Origin: Eledone cirrhosa
Lineage: Eukaryota
Direction: 5' to 3'
Assembly (NCBI GenBank): GCA_964016885.1
Contig: OZ024749.1
Location: forward strand, 7,068,001 to 7,132,000
DNA: 64,000 nucleotides
Part shown: in pieces, positions 12,708 to 26,061 of the stretch
How the letters are laid out: every line of letters starts with the position of its first letter
Position numbering within the stretch: position 1 is the first letter of the stretch
Notes under the pieces: model-generated
Database searches by the model: none
Told to the model about the DNA's origin: nothing
Seen by the model: the letters and a program-made list of their open reading frames with translations, nothing else
Made by a program: the position numbers and the translations under genes

Positions 12708-13354
12708 CTATAATTCTTATGAGTAAATCCATCTGTAACTTATACAATATTTAAACATTAATCATGAAATAACCAAAAATTCTGACTCTTTATCACAGAT
12801 ATCATATAATATTAATGCATTATGTTAGATTGTATCTGTATCTTATGATCTTTGAATATCCTTCTGTTCTAAATCATCATCATCATCAACATTTTTATGC
12901 CTGTTTTTTCCATGTTTGTATCCCAAGCTCAATGTCCCTTCATGCTCTTCCTATTTTTCAGCTAAATTAAGGCCTGTATGAAGAAGCAGCAATATATTGT
13001 GCCAGCAGATCAGACACCAGAGAGGAATTTATACAGCTCCTAAATGCCAAATTGCAAGGTTGTGAGTTCAATTCCTAGACCGGTTGTCATGTCATATCCT
13101 TGAGCAAGATACTTCATTTCAAATTGCTCCAGTTCATTCAGCTAGAATTAAAAATTTCATGGACTAGAATCCCATCCAGGAGTAAATATTGTACTTCTAG
13201 TCACTTCCATATCTGACACACCCCTCTTCTCCAACCATACCAGCATGGAAAGCTGGACGGGCTCTCCCACAATGGTCCTCAAAAGGCTAAAAGCTCTTAG
13301 TCCACCCTCTTAAAGTAGTCATGCGGGTGACAAGAAGCACTCAGTTCACCCTAT

Positions 13355-13682
13355 AAGGGTAGGTAGCTATCTGTGTGGGTAGGTAGCTATGTGGGTAGGT
13401 AGCTATATGGTTAGCTAGCTATGTGGGTAGCTAGCTATGTGCGTAGGTAGCTACATGGGTAGATAGCTATGTGGGTAGATAGCTAGTTATGTGGGTAGAT
13501 AGCTAGTTATGTGGGAGGGAAGGTAGCTAGTTGTGTGGGTAGGTAGCTAGTTATGTGGGTAGGTATCTATGTGGGTAGGTAGTTATGTGGGTAGGTAGCT
13601 AGTTACATGGGTAGATAGCTAGTTATGTGGGTAGATAGCTATCTATCTATGTGGGTAGGTATCTATTTATGTGGGTAGGTAC
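13355..13682. repeat. GGTA/GCTA compound microsatellite
   Basis: Direct reading. Confidence 0.9.
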
Positions 13683-13877
13683 CATAGGGGTGCTGATACT
13701 CTCTCAGGTCAACTTTGCCTTAGACAGTTTTCCAGGGTTGATAAACTAGGACGAAACATTTATTGATGGAAATGACAACATGGTAACCTATATAACCTCC
13801 CTTAACATTGTAACTCTTTCTCCTTTCTTCGTTTCTAATCAGAAATCTATATCACATACAAAAGAATTGGAAATAAT

Positions 13878-14081
13878 TATTTCTATTTTAGGCACAAGGC
13901 CAGCAATTACTGGTACTTTATTTTATCGACCCCGTAAGGATGAAAGGCAAAGTTAACCTCGGCGGGATTTGAACTCAGATCATAAAGGGACGTAACTCTA
14001 TGCTTCAAAGCATGGCGTCCGACTCTCTACCGATACTGCCAATGGTCCGACTCTCTACCGATACTGCCAATCCACCGCCCT
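13878..14081 (-). mobile_element. SINE family A with 18-bp TSD
   Basis: TSD AAAAGAATTGGAAATAAT at 13860-13877 and 14082-14099. Confidence 0.9.
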
Positions 14082-14529
14082 AAAAGAATTGGAAATAATA
14101 ATGCTTAGTCAGTGATTTTCTTCTATGAGAGCTACAACTGCCAAAATACAAGAACACCATCAAGTATACTGGCTGAAAATAAATCCATTCATAGCAACAA
14201 GCTCATTGAGATGAAATTGAAATTTATTTTTAATCAAATTACTCTTAATTATGGTTCCATTCTTGTCAATTAATTTGGAATCCATTGTAAAATTGCTCAC
14301 TGTTATTTTTCTTCGTATTCTTTTCAAAATTAAATTTTAACCAGTTATTAATCATTAACAAACGAAGGGAAATTATTAAATACTTTAAATGCCTTCCTTA
14401 TTACGAATATATTCACATTTACTTCAGATTACGTAAGTGAACAATACTTCTTTTTGTGGCTTGTATCTTTTGTGTTGGTGTTGTTTTTTTACTTAATTAC
14501 CTCTAGAGAGACATTTGAAAATGGCAGTT

Positions 14530-15660
14530 GATAGGTAAGTAGGGAGTGGCGGGGAAGGAATGGATGTAGGTTGGCTGTTAGATGAGCAATTAGGTAGATA
14601 GATAGGTAGATAGATAGGTAAGAAGGGAGTGAGGGTGGGGGGGATGGAGGTAGGTTGGCTGTTAGATGAGCAATTAGGTAGATAGATAGGTAGATAGATA
14701 GGTAAGTAGGGAGTGGTAGTGGAGGTGGGGAAGGAATGGAGGTAGGTTGGCTGTTAGATGAGCAATTAGTAGATAGATAGGTAAGTAGGGAGTGGTGGTG
14801 GAGGTGGGGATGGAATGGAGGTAGGTTGGCTGTAAAATGAGCAATTAGGTAGATAGATAGGTAGATAGATAGGTAAGTGGGGAGTGGTGGTGGAGCTGGG
14901 GGAAGGAATGGAGGTAGGTTGGCTGTTAGATGAGCAATTAGTAGATAGATAGGTAAGTAGGGAGTGGTGGTGGTGGTGGCGAAGGAATGGAGGTAAGCAG
15001 GTAGCTGGGTAGGTGGAGAGCAGTGTAGGGAGGTAGGGTAGGTAGCTATGTTGTTAGTTACATGAGTAATAAGGTAGGTAGGCAGGTAGCTGGGTGGGTA
15101 GATAGAGAGGTAAGTAGAGAGGTAGGTAGATAGGTAGGTAGGGAGATGGATGGGTAGGTAGGGAGGTGGATGGGTAGGTAGAGAGGTAGGAGGAGAGGTA
15201 TGTAGGTAGCTATGTTGGTAGTTAGATGTGTAATTAGGTGGGTGGGTAGGTAGGAAGTTGGGTAAGTCGGTAGGTAAGTAGGTAGGTAAGTAGGTAGGTA
15301 AGTAGGTAGGTAAGTAGGTAGGTAAGTAGGTAAGTAGGTAGGTAAGTAGGTAGGTAGGTAAGTGGGTAGCTATGTTGGTAGTCAGATGTGTAATTAGATG
15401 GGTGGGTAGGTAAATAGTTGGGTAAGTAGAGAGGTAAGTAGGTAGGTAAGTAGGTAGCTATGTAGGTAGTCAGATGTGTAATAGGTTGGTGGGTAGGTAG
15501 GTAGTTGGGTAAGTAGGTAGGTAAGTAGGTAGTTAGATGTGTAATTAGGTAGGTGGGTAGGTAAGTAGGTAGGTAAGTAGGTAGGTAAGTAGGTAGGTAA
15601 GTAGAGAGGTAAGTAGGTAGGTAAGTAGGTAGCTATGTTGGTAGTCAGATGTGTAGCTGT
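14530..15660. repeat. G-rich GGTA/AGTA minisatellite-microsatellite
   Basis: Repeated GGTAGGTTGGCTGTTAGATGAGCAATTAG units, then (GGTAAGTA)n. Confidence 0.9.
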
Positions 15661-15947
15661 AGATGTGACTTCATGGTTATAGTACTCAGCTCATCATCAC
15701 AAGGTCATGAGCTCAGTTCATGGCAGAGTGTTGTGTCCCTCAGCAACACAGTATATTTCACATTCTCCCAGTTCACTCAGCTGGCAAAAATGAGTCGTAT
15801 CTGTATTTTGAAAGGCTAGCTTTGTTAAATTCTCTGTCATACTGATTCCCCCTGAGAACTAAGGATATGTGTGTCTGTGGAATGCTCAGCCACTTACCCA
15901 TTAATTTCATACTCAGTAGTTTGAATATTAACAAAAAATTCCATCAA

Positions 15948-16287
15948 CCCTTCAGAATTTACATTACTCTATATTTACTATTGTATTTTCACAGTAAAGG
16001 CTTTACCTCACATAATATCTCACATAACATTTACATTACTCTATATATACTATTGTATTTTAACAGTAAAGGCTTTACCTCACATAATATCTCACATAAC
16101 ATTTACATTACTCTATATTTACTATTGTATTTTCACAGTAAAGGCTTTATCTCACATAATATTGAATCTATGAGATTTTGATATTATTTATTTTGAGAAC
16201 AATACATTATCATCAGTATGATGACTAGTTGAACAGAAAGAGTTGAGAGAATTCTGGCCAGATATGGCACGTTTAAATGCTAAAGGG
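15948..16287. mobile_element. piggyBac-like MITE with internal triplication
   Basis: Ends GCTAAAGGG-TTAA; body matches 41522-41728. Confidence 0.7.
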
Positions 16288-16352
16288 TTAAGGATGTATG
16301 AAAAATAAAAAAAACAACTATGCTGAATAAGCTATAGCGTTCAGTTAATCAC

Positions 16353-16662
16353 AATTAAACCCATTCGTTACCACATATCTAATGAAAATTAAACCCATTC
16401 GTTACCACATATCTAATGAAAATTAAACCCATTCGTTACCACATATCTAATGAAAAAAATTAAACCCATTCGTTACCACATATCTAATGAAAAAAATTAA
16501 ACCCATTCGTTACCACATATCTAATGAAAAAAATTAAACCCATTCGTTACCACATATCTAATGAATTAAACTTATTCATTACCATATATCTAATGAATTA
16601 AACCCATTCGTTACCATATATCTAATGAAAATTAAACTTATTTGTTACCACATATCTAATGA
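16353..16662. repeat. ~36-bp minisatellite (~9 copies)
   Basis: AATTAAACCCATTCGTTACCACATATCTAATGAA unit. Confidence 0.9.
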
Positions 16663-16904
16663 AAGACACTGCTTATGATGTTCAAATAATTTTGATAATA
16701 ATCAAGAAAAGATTTATTAACATAACTAAATTTCAGCCATTGGAACATAACATAAAGGTTCTTATGTAGAATTCTGATAAGAAAGTATATGAACACTTTA
16801 AAACAAATAGTATTGTAACAGAGAAACAGGAACAGTTTTTAATAGGTTAACCCTTTAACATTCACATTATGTACCCCAGCCCCACAGCATAGGTTAGTCG
16901 TTAG

Positions 16905-18659
16905 TGATATCAACGAATGGGAGAGAGAGAAATTACTCTTAGTAGGTCTGACAGAGGTACCAGCTATTGAGATTGACGAATATAGGGTCCAAGAGGCGAT
17001 TAAGGAAATGAAAAATGGTAAGGCTGCTGGACCATCGGGAATAGTTGCTGAGATGCTGAAGGCATCAGGGGCGTAGGCACTAAACTGGTTGCACGCATCA
17101 TCAATCAGGCTATATATGGTGGTGTCATACCCAAAGACTGGTGCAGCAGTATTCTCATAAATTGCTACAAAGGTAAAGGGGATGCTCTGGAGAGGAGCAA
17201 TTATAGGGGTATGAAACTAATGGATCAGGTTATGAAAGTGGCAGAAAGGATATTAGCACAACTAATTAGAGAAAGAGTCAAACTAGATGAGATGCAGTTT
17301 GGTTTTGTGCCTGGGAAGAGTACAACAGATGCCCTCTTCTTGGTGAGACAATTGCAAGAGAGATTCTTAGAGAAAAATAAGCCACTATACTTAGCCTTTG
17401 TTGACCTAGAGAAGGCCTTTGATAGGGTAGCCCGATCTGTCATCTGGTGGTCCCTAAGGAAGCTAGGTATTGAGGAATGGCTTGTGAGGACAGTGCAAAC
17501 TTTGTACAGAGGTACTCTCAGTAAAGTCAGGGTAGGAATGGAGTTTAGTGAGGAATTCCAGATACATGTACATCAAGGTTCGGTTCTCAGCCTGCTCTTG
17601 TTCATTATAGTCCGCCAAGCCATAACAGAGGAGTTTAAGACTGGCTGTCCATGGGAACTTCTCTATGCTGACGATCTGGTTCTTATAGCAGAATCAGTAG
17701 AGGAGCTAGAGAATAAATTCTGGCTATGGAAACAGCAGTTGGAAGCAAGAGGACTGAGAGTGAACCTAGCTAAGACAAAAGTGTTGATGAGTAGAAAAGA
17801 GGACAAAACTCTGATACCATCAGGGAAATGGCCAAGTTCGATATGCAGAAAAAGAACTGGCATAAATTCTATAAAATGCACACAATGTAGATCCTGGGTA
17901 CACAAGAGATGTAGCGGGATAGCAGGCAAACTAACAGGTAGGGAGAAATATGTATGCAGTAGATGTACAGGGAAATTAAACAGTAGAAGTCGCATTGATA
18001 GACAGATTTTTCCAATGCAGGAGGGGGCTATAGAAGTGGTGGATAGCTTCTGGTACCTAGAAGATCAGATTAGCATGGGAGGAGGGTGTTCCGAGGCCAT
18101 AGTATCTAGAATAAGGACGGGTTGGAAGAAGTTTAGGGAGCTGCTTCCTCTGCTGACGAAGAAGGGTTTCTCCCTGCGTACGAAAGGCCGGTTGTATGAT
18201 GCCTGTGTGAGGAACGCGATGCTGCATGGTAGTGAGACATGGGCAGCAACTGCAGAGGATATGCGATGGCTGGAGAGAAATGAGGCAAGCATGCTCCGTT
18301 GGATGTGCAGTGTAAATGTGCATGAACGACCCAGCATAAATGTGTTGATAGAGAAACTGTATCTGAGAGGGATAGAATGTAGTGTACGGGAGAGGAGACT
18401 GAGGTGGTATGGACATGTGATGCGCATGGAGGATGACCGCTGGGTGAAGAAGTGCCAGGAAATGCCAGTTGAAGGAAGACGTGGTAGAGGTAGACCACGA
18501 AAAACATGGGCGGAGGTGGTGAGAACAGACCTCAGATCATTGAAGCTCACGGTGGAGATGACGAGGGACCGTGACGAGTGGAGAGATGCTGTGCTGAATA
18601 AGACCCCTCCCACCCTTGCAAGCAGGGAAAAGCGGACGTAAAATGATGATGATGATGAT
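16905..18659 (+). mobile_element. RTE-clade LINE family 1, 5'-truncated
   Basis: MKNGKAAGPSGI upstream (stop/frameshift), RT ORF, (GAT)n tail. Confidence 0.92.
17211..18641 (+). CDS. RTE reverse transcriptase, C-terminal part, with Cys/His-rich insert (probably non-functional copy)
   Basis: [44 protein letters not shown]. Confidence 0.88.
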   Translation: MKLMDQVMKVAERILAQLIRERVKLDEMQFGFVPGKSTTDALFLVRQLQERFLEKNKPLYLAFVDLEKAFDRVARSVIWWSLRKLGIEEWLVRTVQTLYRGTLSKVRVGMEFSEEFQIHVHQGSVLSLLLFIIVRQAITEEFKTGCPWELLYADDLVLIAESVEELENKFWLWKQQLEARGLRVNLAKTKVLMSRKEDKTLIPSGKWPSSICRKRTGINSIKCTQCRSWVHKRCSGIAGKLTGREKYVCSRCTGKLNSRSRIDRQIFPMQEGAIEVVDSFWYLEDQISMGGGCSEAIVSRIRTGWKKFRELLPLLTKKGFSLRTKGRLYDACVRNAMLHGSETWAATAEDMRWLERNEASMLRWMCSVNVHERPSINVLIEKLYLRGIECSVRERRLRWYGHVMRMEDDRWVKKCQEMPVEGRRGRGRPRKTWAEVVRTDLRSLKLTVEMTRDRDEWRDAVLNKTPPTLASREKRT

Positions 18660-18735
18660 ATTTACTATAGTATTTTCAAATAAAAGGGTTTATCTCAAAT
18701 GATTATCTCTAATAATATTGAATCTATGAGATTTT

Positions 18736-18985
18736 GATGGGCATTTGGTTAGAATGTCTCAGGAAAGAATTGCTGGACGGATTTTACGAGCAAAACCAAC
18801 CAGCAGGAGACCCTGGGGTGGACCCAGAGCAAGATAGTTGGATAACATCCATGAGCTTGGCTGGTCATGCTTGGAGATCCAGCCGGATCAGTTGGAGATG
18901 GTTGCTTTTGACAGGACCTGCTGGAGGGAGTGGTTGAGGACTTTGCCCCTATGACCATCTCAGCAACAAGTGGGCAAAGAAGAAT
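18736..18985 (+). mobile_element. RTE family 3 3' fragment nested in a piggyBac-like MITE (18660-19083)
   Basis: Matches 51580-51830; MITE sequence on both sides. Confidence 0.7.
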
Positions 18986-19303
18986 AACAACAATACCTTA
19001 ACATCAGTATGAGCAGCCAGTTAAAGCTGGTTTGAACAGAAAGAGGTGAGAGAATTCTGGCCGGATATGGCCGGTTTAAAGGGTTAAACCTTCATTGGAG
19101 TCAACTACACATTTACTATTTCATGACCAATAAAATATTGCATATATAAATCACAGCTTCTTTAACTAAAATCTTGGGCATGGAAAACAACATGTGACTT
19201 ATCAACCAAGCGTTGCTCTTATGAACAGGTCAAGAGTTGAAGACAAAATATTACAAACACAAAGGAGGTGTGATTTATCTATCATTGTCGCTTATATACA
19301 TGT

Positions 19304-19498
19304 CATCATCATCATCGTTTAACGTCCATATTCCACGCTTGTATGGGTTTGGACGGGTGTTTTCCCACTTGAGGCAAGAGTGGTTGTCTTGCTCACATAG
19401 GACTGTCTGGCGGGTTTTCTACGGCTGGATGCCCTTCCTAACACCAACCACATTTACAGTGTGGAACTGGGAGGTTTTTACCGTGTTACCTACATGGC
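19304..19498 (-). mobile_element. RTE family 2 3' UTR fragment
   Basis: (ATC)n tail plus UTR match. Confidence 0.8.
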
Positions 19499-21181
19499 AA
19501 TGTATATATCCTTTTATTCTTTTAATGGTTTCAGTCATTACAATATGGCCATACTGGAGCACCACCTTGAAGAGATTTAGTCCATCACATCAACCCAAGT
19601 ACTTCATAATTTTTTCATGTCGGGTATTTATTTTAACAATCACTGTTTGTTGAACTACTAAGTTACAAGACATAAACATAAATCCAATTGACATACAGAT
19701 ATACAGACACACATATATATGTATACTTTTACATGATTTAATTCACAATGCATTGGTTAATTTCAAGCTATAGTAGAAGACACTGGCCCAAGGTGTCACA
19801 TAGAGAAACTGAACCCTAAACCAAGCCTGTGTCTATATATGGTAAATTATTAAAAACGGCAAGTCACTGGAATCAAGGGCACATAATATAACCTTTCTAT
19901 TTTAAAATTGGCTTCTTCCAACTCACAATACATAAATCATATTAGTGAAATTATAAATTGGTAAAAAAAAATATAACAATAAAAAAAAAAATAATAATAA
20001 TAATAAATAAATTAAAAAAATGAAAAATACACTTTCAATAGATTCATGATTTTTTTTCTTTTCTAAAAATATATAAAAATTAAAGATTTTCAATAATGAT
20101 AGATAACAGATAAGATTTTACATATGAATGAACCTTCTTTTGGGCTTTTTATATTTTTGACAAAAAATATCATTTTAGATTTACATAATCTTTGCCAATT
20201 TAAACTACTTGAAATTGACTTTAGATTTAATAACAAAAAAAATTATTACTTTTCATCATCATCATCGTCATCATTACTTATCATTATCATCATTGTCATT
20301 TATTTTTTTCCGTCAGCTTTCCAGGCTAGTATGGGTTGGATTGGTTATCACGAGCCAATATCGGACTTACTCATGCATTCCATATTTGTTACAGCTTCAA
20401 TTGTTGGATGCCCTTCCTAACACCAACCACCTTAAAGGTGGTATACTGACATACATAGATAAAAGTGCATATACACATATACACACACACATCAGGGCTG
20501 GAGCTATGCACTAGGCAAATTAGCCAATTATTTAGGCAGATAGAAGCTGTGGATATCTCACAAATCCCGATTGTTAGTCAACCATCTTGCTCAGGGTCTA
20601 CTCCTGGGTCTCCTGTTGGTTAGTTTGACCCGTAAAATCTGTCCTGAGACATTCTAACCACATGCCCATAGTATCAGAGATGTAATCTCTCAATTCGGAG
20701 AAGTAACGGCTCTAATTGGAGTGACTCTCTGATCTCCGAGCTATGCAGTTTATCAAGTAACGTTACTCCAAAGACCCTTCAGAGGAATCCTATTTCAGGC
20801 ACTTAACTGGTCCAGAGATATAATCCACAGCTTACAGTTGTGAGGCTGACATCCTAACCACTAGGCCATGTTAGTCTTAGTAAAAACATGAACAGTTAGT
20901 AACAATGGGAGCAGATGAAGTCCCTCTTGAAGCAGAAGCGGAAGCAAGAAAGGGACTTGATGGGAATCTGAAGACAAGAGAGTCACATAGTGTTATTAGC
21001 TGTCACCTTATCATGGGTGAGTGTGGACAGTGGAGTAGAAAATGCAGGTTCTGTAATTTTGGAAGGGCATCTAGCCATAGAAACCAACCCAAAATACAGA
21101 TATGTATGATCAAGACATGGTCACCTGACCTGTCACCTGACCTCCCATCTAACCCATGCAAGCATAGAAAAGGAACATTAA

Positions 21182-21401
21182 CCCTTTATCATTTAAAACC
21201 AGCAGTATCTGGCCAGAATTCTCTCACCTCTTTCTGATCAAACTGGCCATAATCAGCTACTCATACTTATGTTAAGGTATTGTTCTCCAAATAAGTAATA
21301 TCAAAATCTCATAGATTCGATATTATGAGATAATTATGTGAAATAAAGTGTATACCGTAAAATTACAATAGTAAATATAGAGTAATGTAAATGGTAAAGG
21401 G
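21182..21401. mobile_element. piggyBac-like MITE
   Basis: TTAA-CCCTTTA...TAAAGGG-TTA. Confidence 0.75.
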
Positions 21402-21452
21402 TTATCTGATCCTCCTCCTAAAAATATTTTCATATTAAAAGAATGTTTATGA

Positions 21453-21489
<37 letters not shown>

Positions 21490-21835
21490 AATATCAATGA
21501 AATTTAATTAACTTTGAAATTAATTACTACTAATTAAAATTAAAAAAAAATAAACATTTAGTTAACTTATTAATCTAGGGGAATTGTATGTATGATCATT
21601 GGCTCTACTTTAGGCACAAGGCCAGCAATTTGTAGGGGAGGGGAAAGTTGATCAAATCAACCCAGTGTATTACTGGTACTTTATTTTATCGACCACGTAA
21701 AGACGAAAAGCAAAAATAACCTCAGCGGGATTTTATGTATGATGATGTATCCCTGCCACATGAAAGAATTAAACAAGGTTAAAAAAAGCAAAATATATAT
21801 TACAAGATATATTTTTCAATGGAAAATATAGTACA

Positions 21836-21870
21836 GACTTCGAAGTTTCAGCTTTAATGAGCCTCTTCAG
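21836..21870 (-). ncRNA. Hammerhead core, helix I degenerate
   Basis: Reverse complement: CTGAAGA-GGCTCATTAAAGCT-GAAA-CTTCGAAG (palindrome)-TC. Confidence 0.5.
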
Positions 21871-21897
21871 ATAAATATAACCTATACTCTGCTCACA

Positions 21898-22403
21898 TAT
21901 GAGGGGACTTAAAAAAGTTTGCAGAAAAAGGATAGTTGGACAAAACGGTTTTAGTTATGATGTTTATTTTTCAAGATATGCTCCATCTAGGCCAATACAA
22001 TTCTGTAAGCATTGATACCAGCCTTTAAGTCCATCTGCATAAAACTGATGACCATGCGCTCTAGATCATGTCAAAGCAGCGTTTTTTACATCTTCAACTG
22101 GGGATCATCTTCAACCTCATCTCTTCCACTTCTAAAACGACATTCATTTGTAGGTTGATTTCTTTGGGGTAATGTCCCCATAAGTTTCACCATGAATTTG
22201 ATGTTTTGATGGAGGAAATGTTGCTCGAGTAGGTGCTGACTTCAGACTCGTGGCACCACATCACAACATACATTCAAGGGTTCATGTTAGAGCATGTTAT
22301 GATAAGTTAGTACGAGAACGTACAGGTGCATTGAGATCAAAATCAATGTATATGATTTTTAGCTATGTAATTTTTTCCACAAACGTTTTGAAGCCCCTTA
22401 ATA
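21898..22403 (-). mobile_element. Internally deleted mariner element
   Basis: Imperfect TIRs; minus strand encodes mariner C-terminus FYADGLKGWYQCLQNCIGLDGAYLEK*. Confidence 0.75.
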
Positions 22404-23072
22404 GATTGAGTACTCATTCATTTGTTACCACATTTCTTAAGGGAGACACTGCCTGCGCAATCCCAAATTTAGAGGGACATAACCAAATAACTAACTTTCT
22501 CATTATTTAGTTGGTGTTGGGAGCATAACTTAAAGAAGGTTCAAACATAAAAGTTATGATGAAATGTTTTTAGATAAACATTGTAAGGTGATGGTGAATT
22601 GGCAAAATCATTAGAACAGCAGGTAGAATACTTTGTGCTATTCCTTCTAGGTCTCTGCACTCCAAGTTCAAATCTCAGCTGCGGTGACTTTTTTTTTATC
22701 ATTTTGAGAATAAAAATAACGTATCAATCATCTACTAAAGTCAATTCTCCCACTGTTTCTCATTTTCAATTTCTCTATGGTAGAAATCAGCTGGGCTCAG
22801 ATCTGAAGATGGTTGAAAAGTCACAACTAGTTTAAGTCTGTCTTGAACCCAGAGATTCATCAGGCTGTTGCGTATCCAAGTTTCCATAGTGTCAAGTGAC
22901 TGAGTGTACAAGCCTTGCCACTGCACAGGACACCAGTCCATTGTAAGGTTAAACCCAAATCTACTATTGGTACTCATTTTCAGCTGAATATAATGGAGCA
23001 ACGTGAAATGAAGTGTTTTCCTGTATACATATACACACACACGCACACATATACACACACACGCACACATAT

Positions 23073-23121
<49 letters not shown>

Positions 23122-23178
23122 TATACATACATGCATAGATATACATACACATATATATATATATACATAAACATACAT

Positions 23179-23818
23179 ATCATTTTACGTCCACTTTTCC
23201 CTGTTTGCAAGGGTGGGACGGGTCTTATTCAGCACAGCATCTCTCCACTCGTCACAGTCCCTCGTCATCTCCACTGTGAGCTTCAATGATCTGAGGTCTG
23301 TTCTCACCACCTCCGCCCATGTTTTTCATGGTCTACCTCTACCACATCTTCCTTCAACTGGCATTTCCTGGCACTTCTTCACCCATCGGTCATCCTCCAT
23401 GCGCATCACATGTCCATACCACCTCAGTCTCCTCTCCCGTACACTACATCCTATCCCTCTCAGACACAGTTTCTCTCTCAACACATTTATGCTGGGTCGT
23501 TCACGCACATTTACACTGCACATCCAACGGAGCATGCTTGCCTCATTTCTCTCCAGCCGTCGCATATCCTCTGCGGTTGCTGCCCATATCTCACTACCAT
23601 GCAGCATCGCGCTCCTCACACAGGAATCATACAACCGGCCTTTCGTACGCAGGGAGAAACCCTTCTTCGTCAGCAGAGGAAGCAGCTCCCTAAACTTCTT
23701 CCAACCCATCCTTATTCTAGATACTATGGCCTCGGAACACCCTCCTCCCATGCTAATCTGATCTCCTAGGTACCGGAAGCTATCGACCACTTCTATAGCG
23801 CCCTCTCGCATTTGAAAA
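23179..23818 (-). mobile_element. RTE family 1, 3' fragment
   Basis: Close match to 18010-18650. Confidence 0.92.
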
Positions 23819-23849
<31 letters not shown>

Positions 23850-23894
23850 CATATATATATATATACACATACATATATATACATACATACATAC

Positions 23895-23925
<31 letters not shown>

Positions 23926-24296
23926 CATACATACATACATATACATACATACATACATACATACATACACATACATACATGTACATACATACATACATAT
24001 ACATACATACATACATATACATACATACATATACATATATATATATATATACATACACATACATACATATACATATATATATATATATATATACATACAC
24101 ATACATACATACATACATATATATACATATATATATATATATACATACACATACATACATACATATATATACATATATATATATATACATACACATACAT
24201 ACATACATATATATATATACATATATATATATACATACACATACATACATACATATATATACATATATATATATATACATACACATACATACATAC

Positions 24297-24327
<31 letters not shown>

Positions 24328-24334
24328 CATACAT

Positions 24335-24393
<59 letters not shown>

Positions 24394-24970
24394 CATACAT
24401 ACACATACACATATATATATATATATATATACATATATATACATATACATATATATACATATACAGTTGAAAGAACTTGACTGCTATTTCTAGTTGTCGA
24501 TAATCCTATTCACGCCACTGGGTTGAAGCTGGTACAATGTGTGTATTTTTAAAAAAATGCAACACGTCCTGCTAGTCATTCGCAGATTTGAATTTGCTGT
24601 GTAAACATAGATAGTTAAATCTTCTCCCTTGTTGAAAATCCGAATTTGGCTACTGTGGTTTACCGATCGATTAATGGTGAAATATATTTCTTCAATGAAA
24701 TATATACAAGGAAGATTAATCATTTTAAAAGGTATCTATATTTGAAGTTCTAGTTAAACTTTAATTAGTTACCTACCTAGCTATATGTGCTTACACACTT
24801 TTACAAATTATTCCCTGTGATTGTTTCATATGTTTATTTTATATATATATATATGTCAATCAATTTCTAGTTCATATAAAATGCTCGGATCTATTCATTG
24901 GAATCTTTCAGCTTATTCTACAGTGGATATGGCGCATGTCTCTCAGACATTTTGGATATATATATATATA

Positions 24971-25458
24971 TATGTTGATTTAAAACTGCACTATCCACAA
25001 GTGTTTTTAATCTTCATATCATGTCCTCCTATTTTATCTGATGAAAACACAAATGTTATTGCATGATGATATTTGTTTTTGAAATGCGCATAATAAAATA
25101 CATGGAACTCATTTAACCATCTTTTGATCTTATATATTATACAAGGTTAACGTATGTTGATGCCCTAAGGTCAGAAACTGGTCTGTTGGAGACGCAGGAC
25201 ATGGCAGCGATAATGAGGGACAGAGACCGCTGGAGAGAACTCGTCCATGGATCTCGTGAATTTTACCCGCCTTAGATAGATAGATATATATAATATAAGA
25301 TCAAAAGATGGTTAAAAGAGTTCCAAGTATTTTATTATGCGCATTTCAAAAACAAATATCATCATGGGATGATATCTGCGTTCTCATCAGATAAAATAGG
25401 GAGACATGATATGAAGCTTAAAAAACACTTGTGAGCAGTAAAGTTTTAAATCAACATA
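24971..25458. mobile_element. Two H1 arms, tail-to-tail (HHRs 25030-25100 + and 25328-25398 -), separated by a LINE 3' fragment
   Basis: Both cores CTGATGA..GAAA-TGCGCA-TA intact; 25141-25275 encodes MRDRDRWRELV, an RTE-like end. Confidence 0.8.
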
Positions 25459-25768
25459 TATATATATATATATTTCACACGCTGTCCACACGTGTCACCA
25501 AACATCTATTGCATAACTACAAGGCACCGGTCTGATTCTTTGTAATTTTATTTTTAATTTTTTTATTTTATTTTATTTTATTTTAAACCCCAAAACTTTC
25601 CGGACTTTCGCAGTTATTTCCCTTATTTCCCTTATTTCGCAGTTATTTATATAAACATATATATATATATACACATATATATATATATACACATATACAT
25701 ATATATACACATATACACATATACACATATATATATATATACACATATACACATATATATATACACAT

Positions 25769-25801
<33 letters not shown>

Positions 25802-26061
25802 TATATACATATACATATATACATATATACATATACATATATACACATATATATATACATATATATATATACACATATATATATACACATATATATATAC
25901 ACATATATATATACACATACATATATAGACATATACATATATACATATAACATACATATATATATACACATATATATATACACATACATATATAGACATA
26001 TACATATATACATATAACATACATATATATATATATATATATATACACATATCATCATTCA

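Noticed and set aside
12945-13045. Possible splice acceptor and short exon
   Set aside because: No recognisable protein similarity or convincing donor site; unsupported
22045-22075. CTGATGA as a hammerhead core
   Set aside because: Lies within mariner sequence; no GAAA or helix III
22803-22865. CTGAAGA-TGGTT-GAAA and a minus-strand CTGATGA as hammerheads
   Set aside because: No stem II or helix I in the first; no GAAA in the second
23819-24450. N-terminus of the 374-aa ORF
   Set aside because: Microsatellite read-through into an RTE fragment
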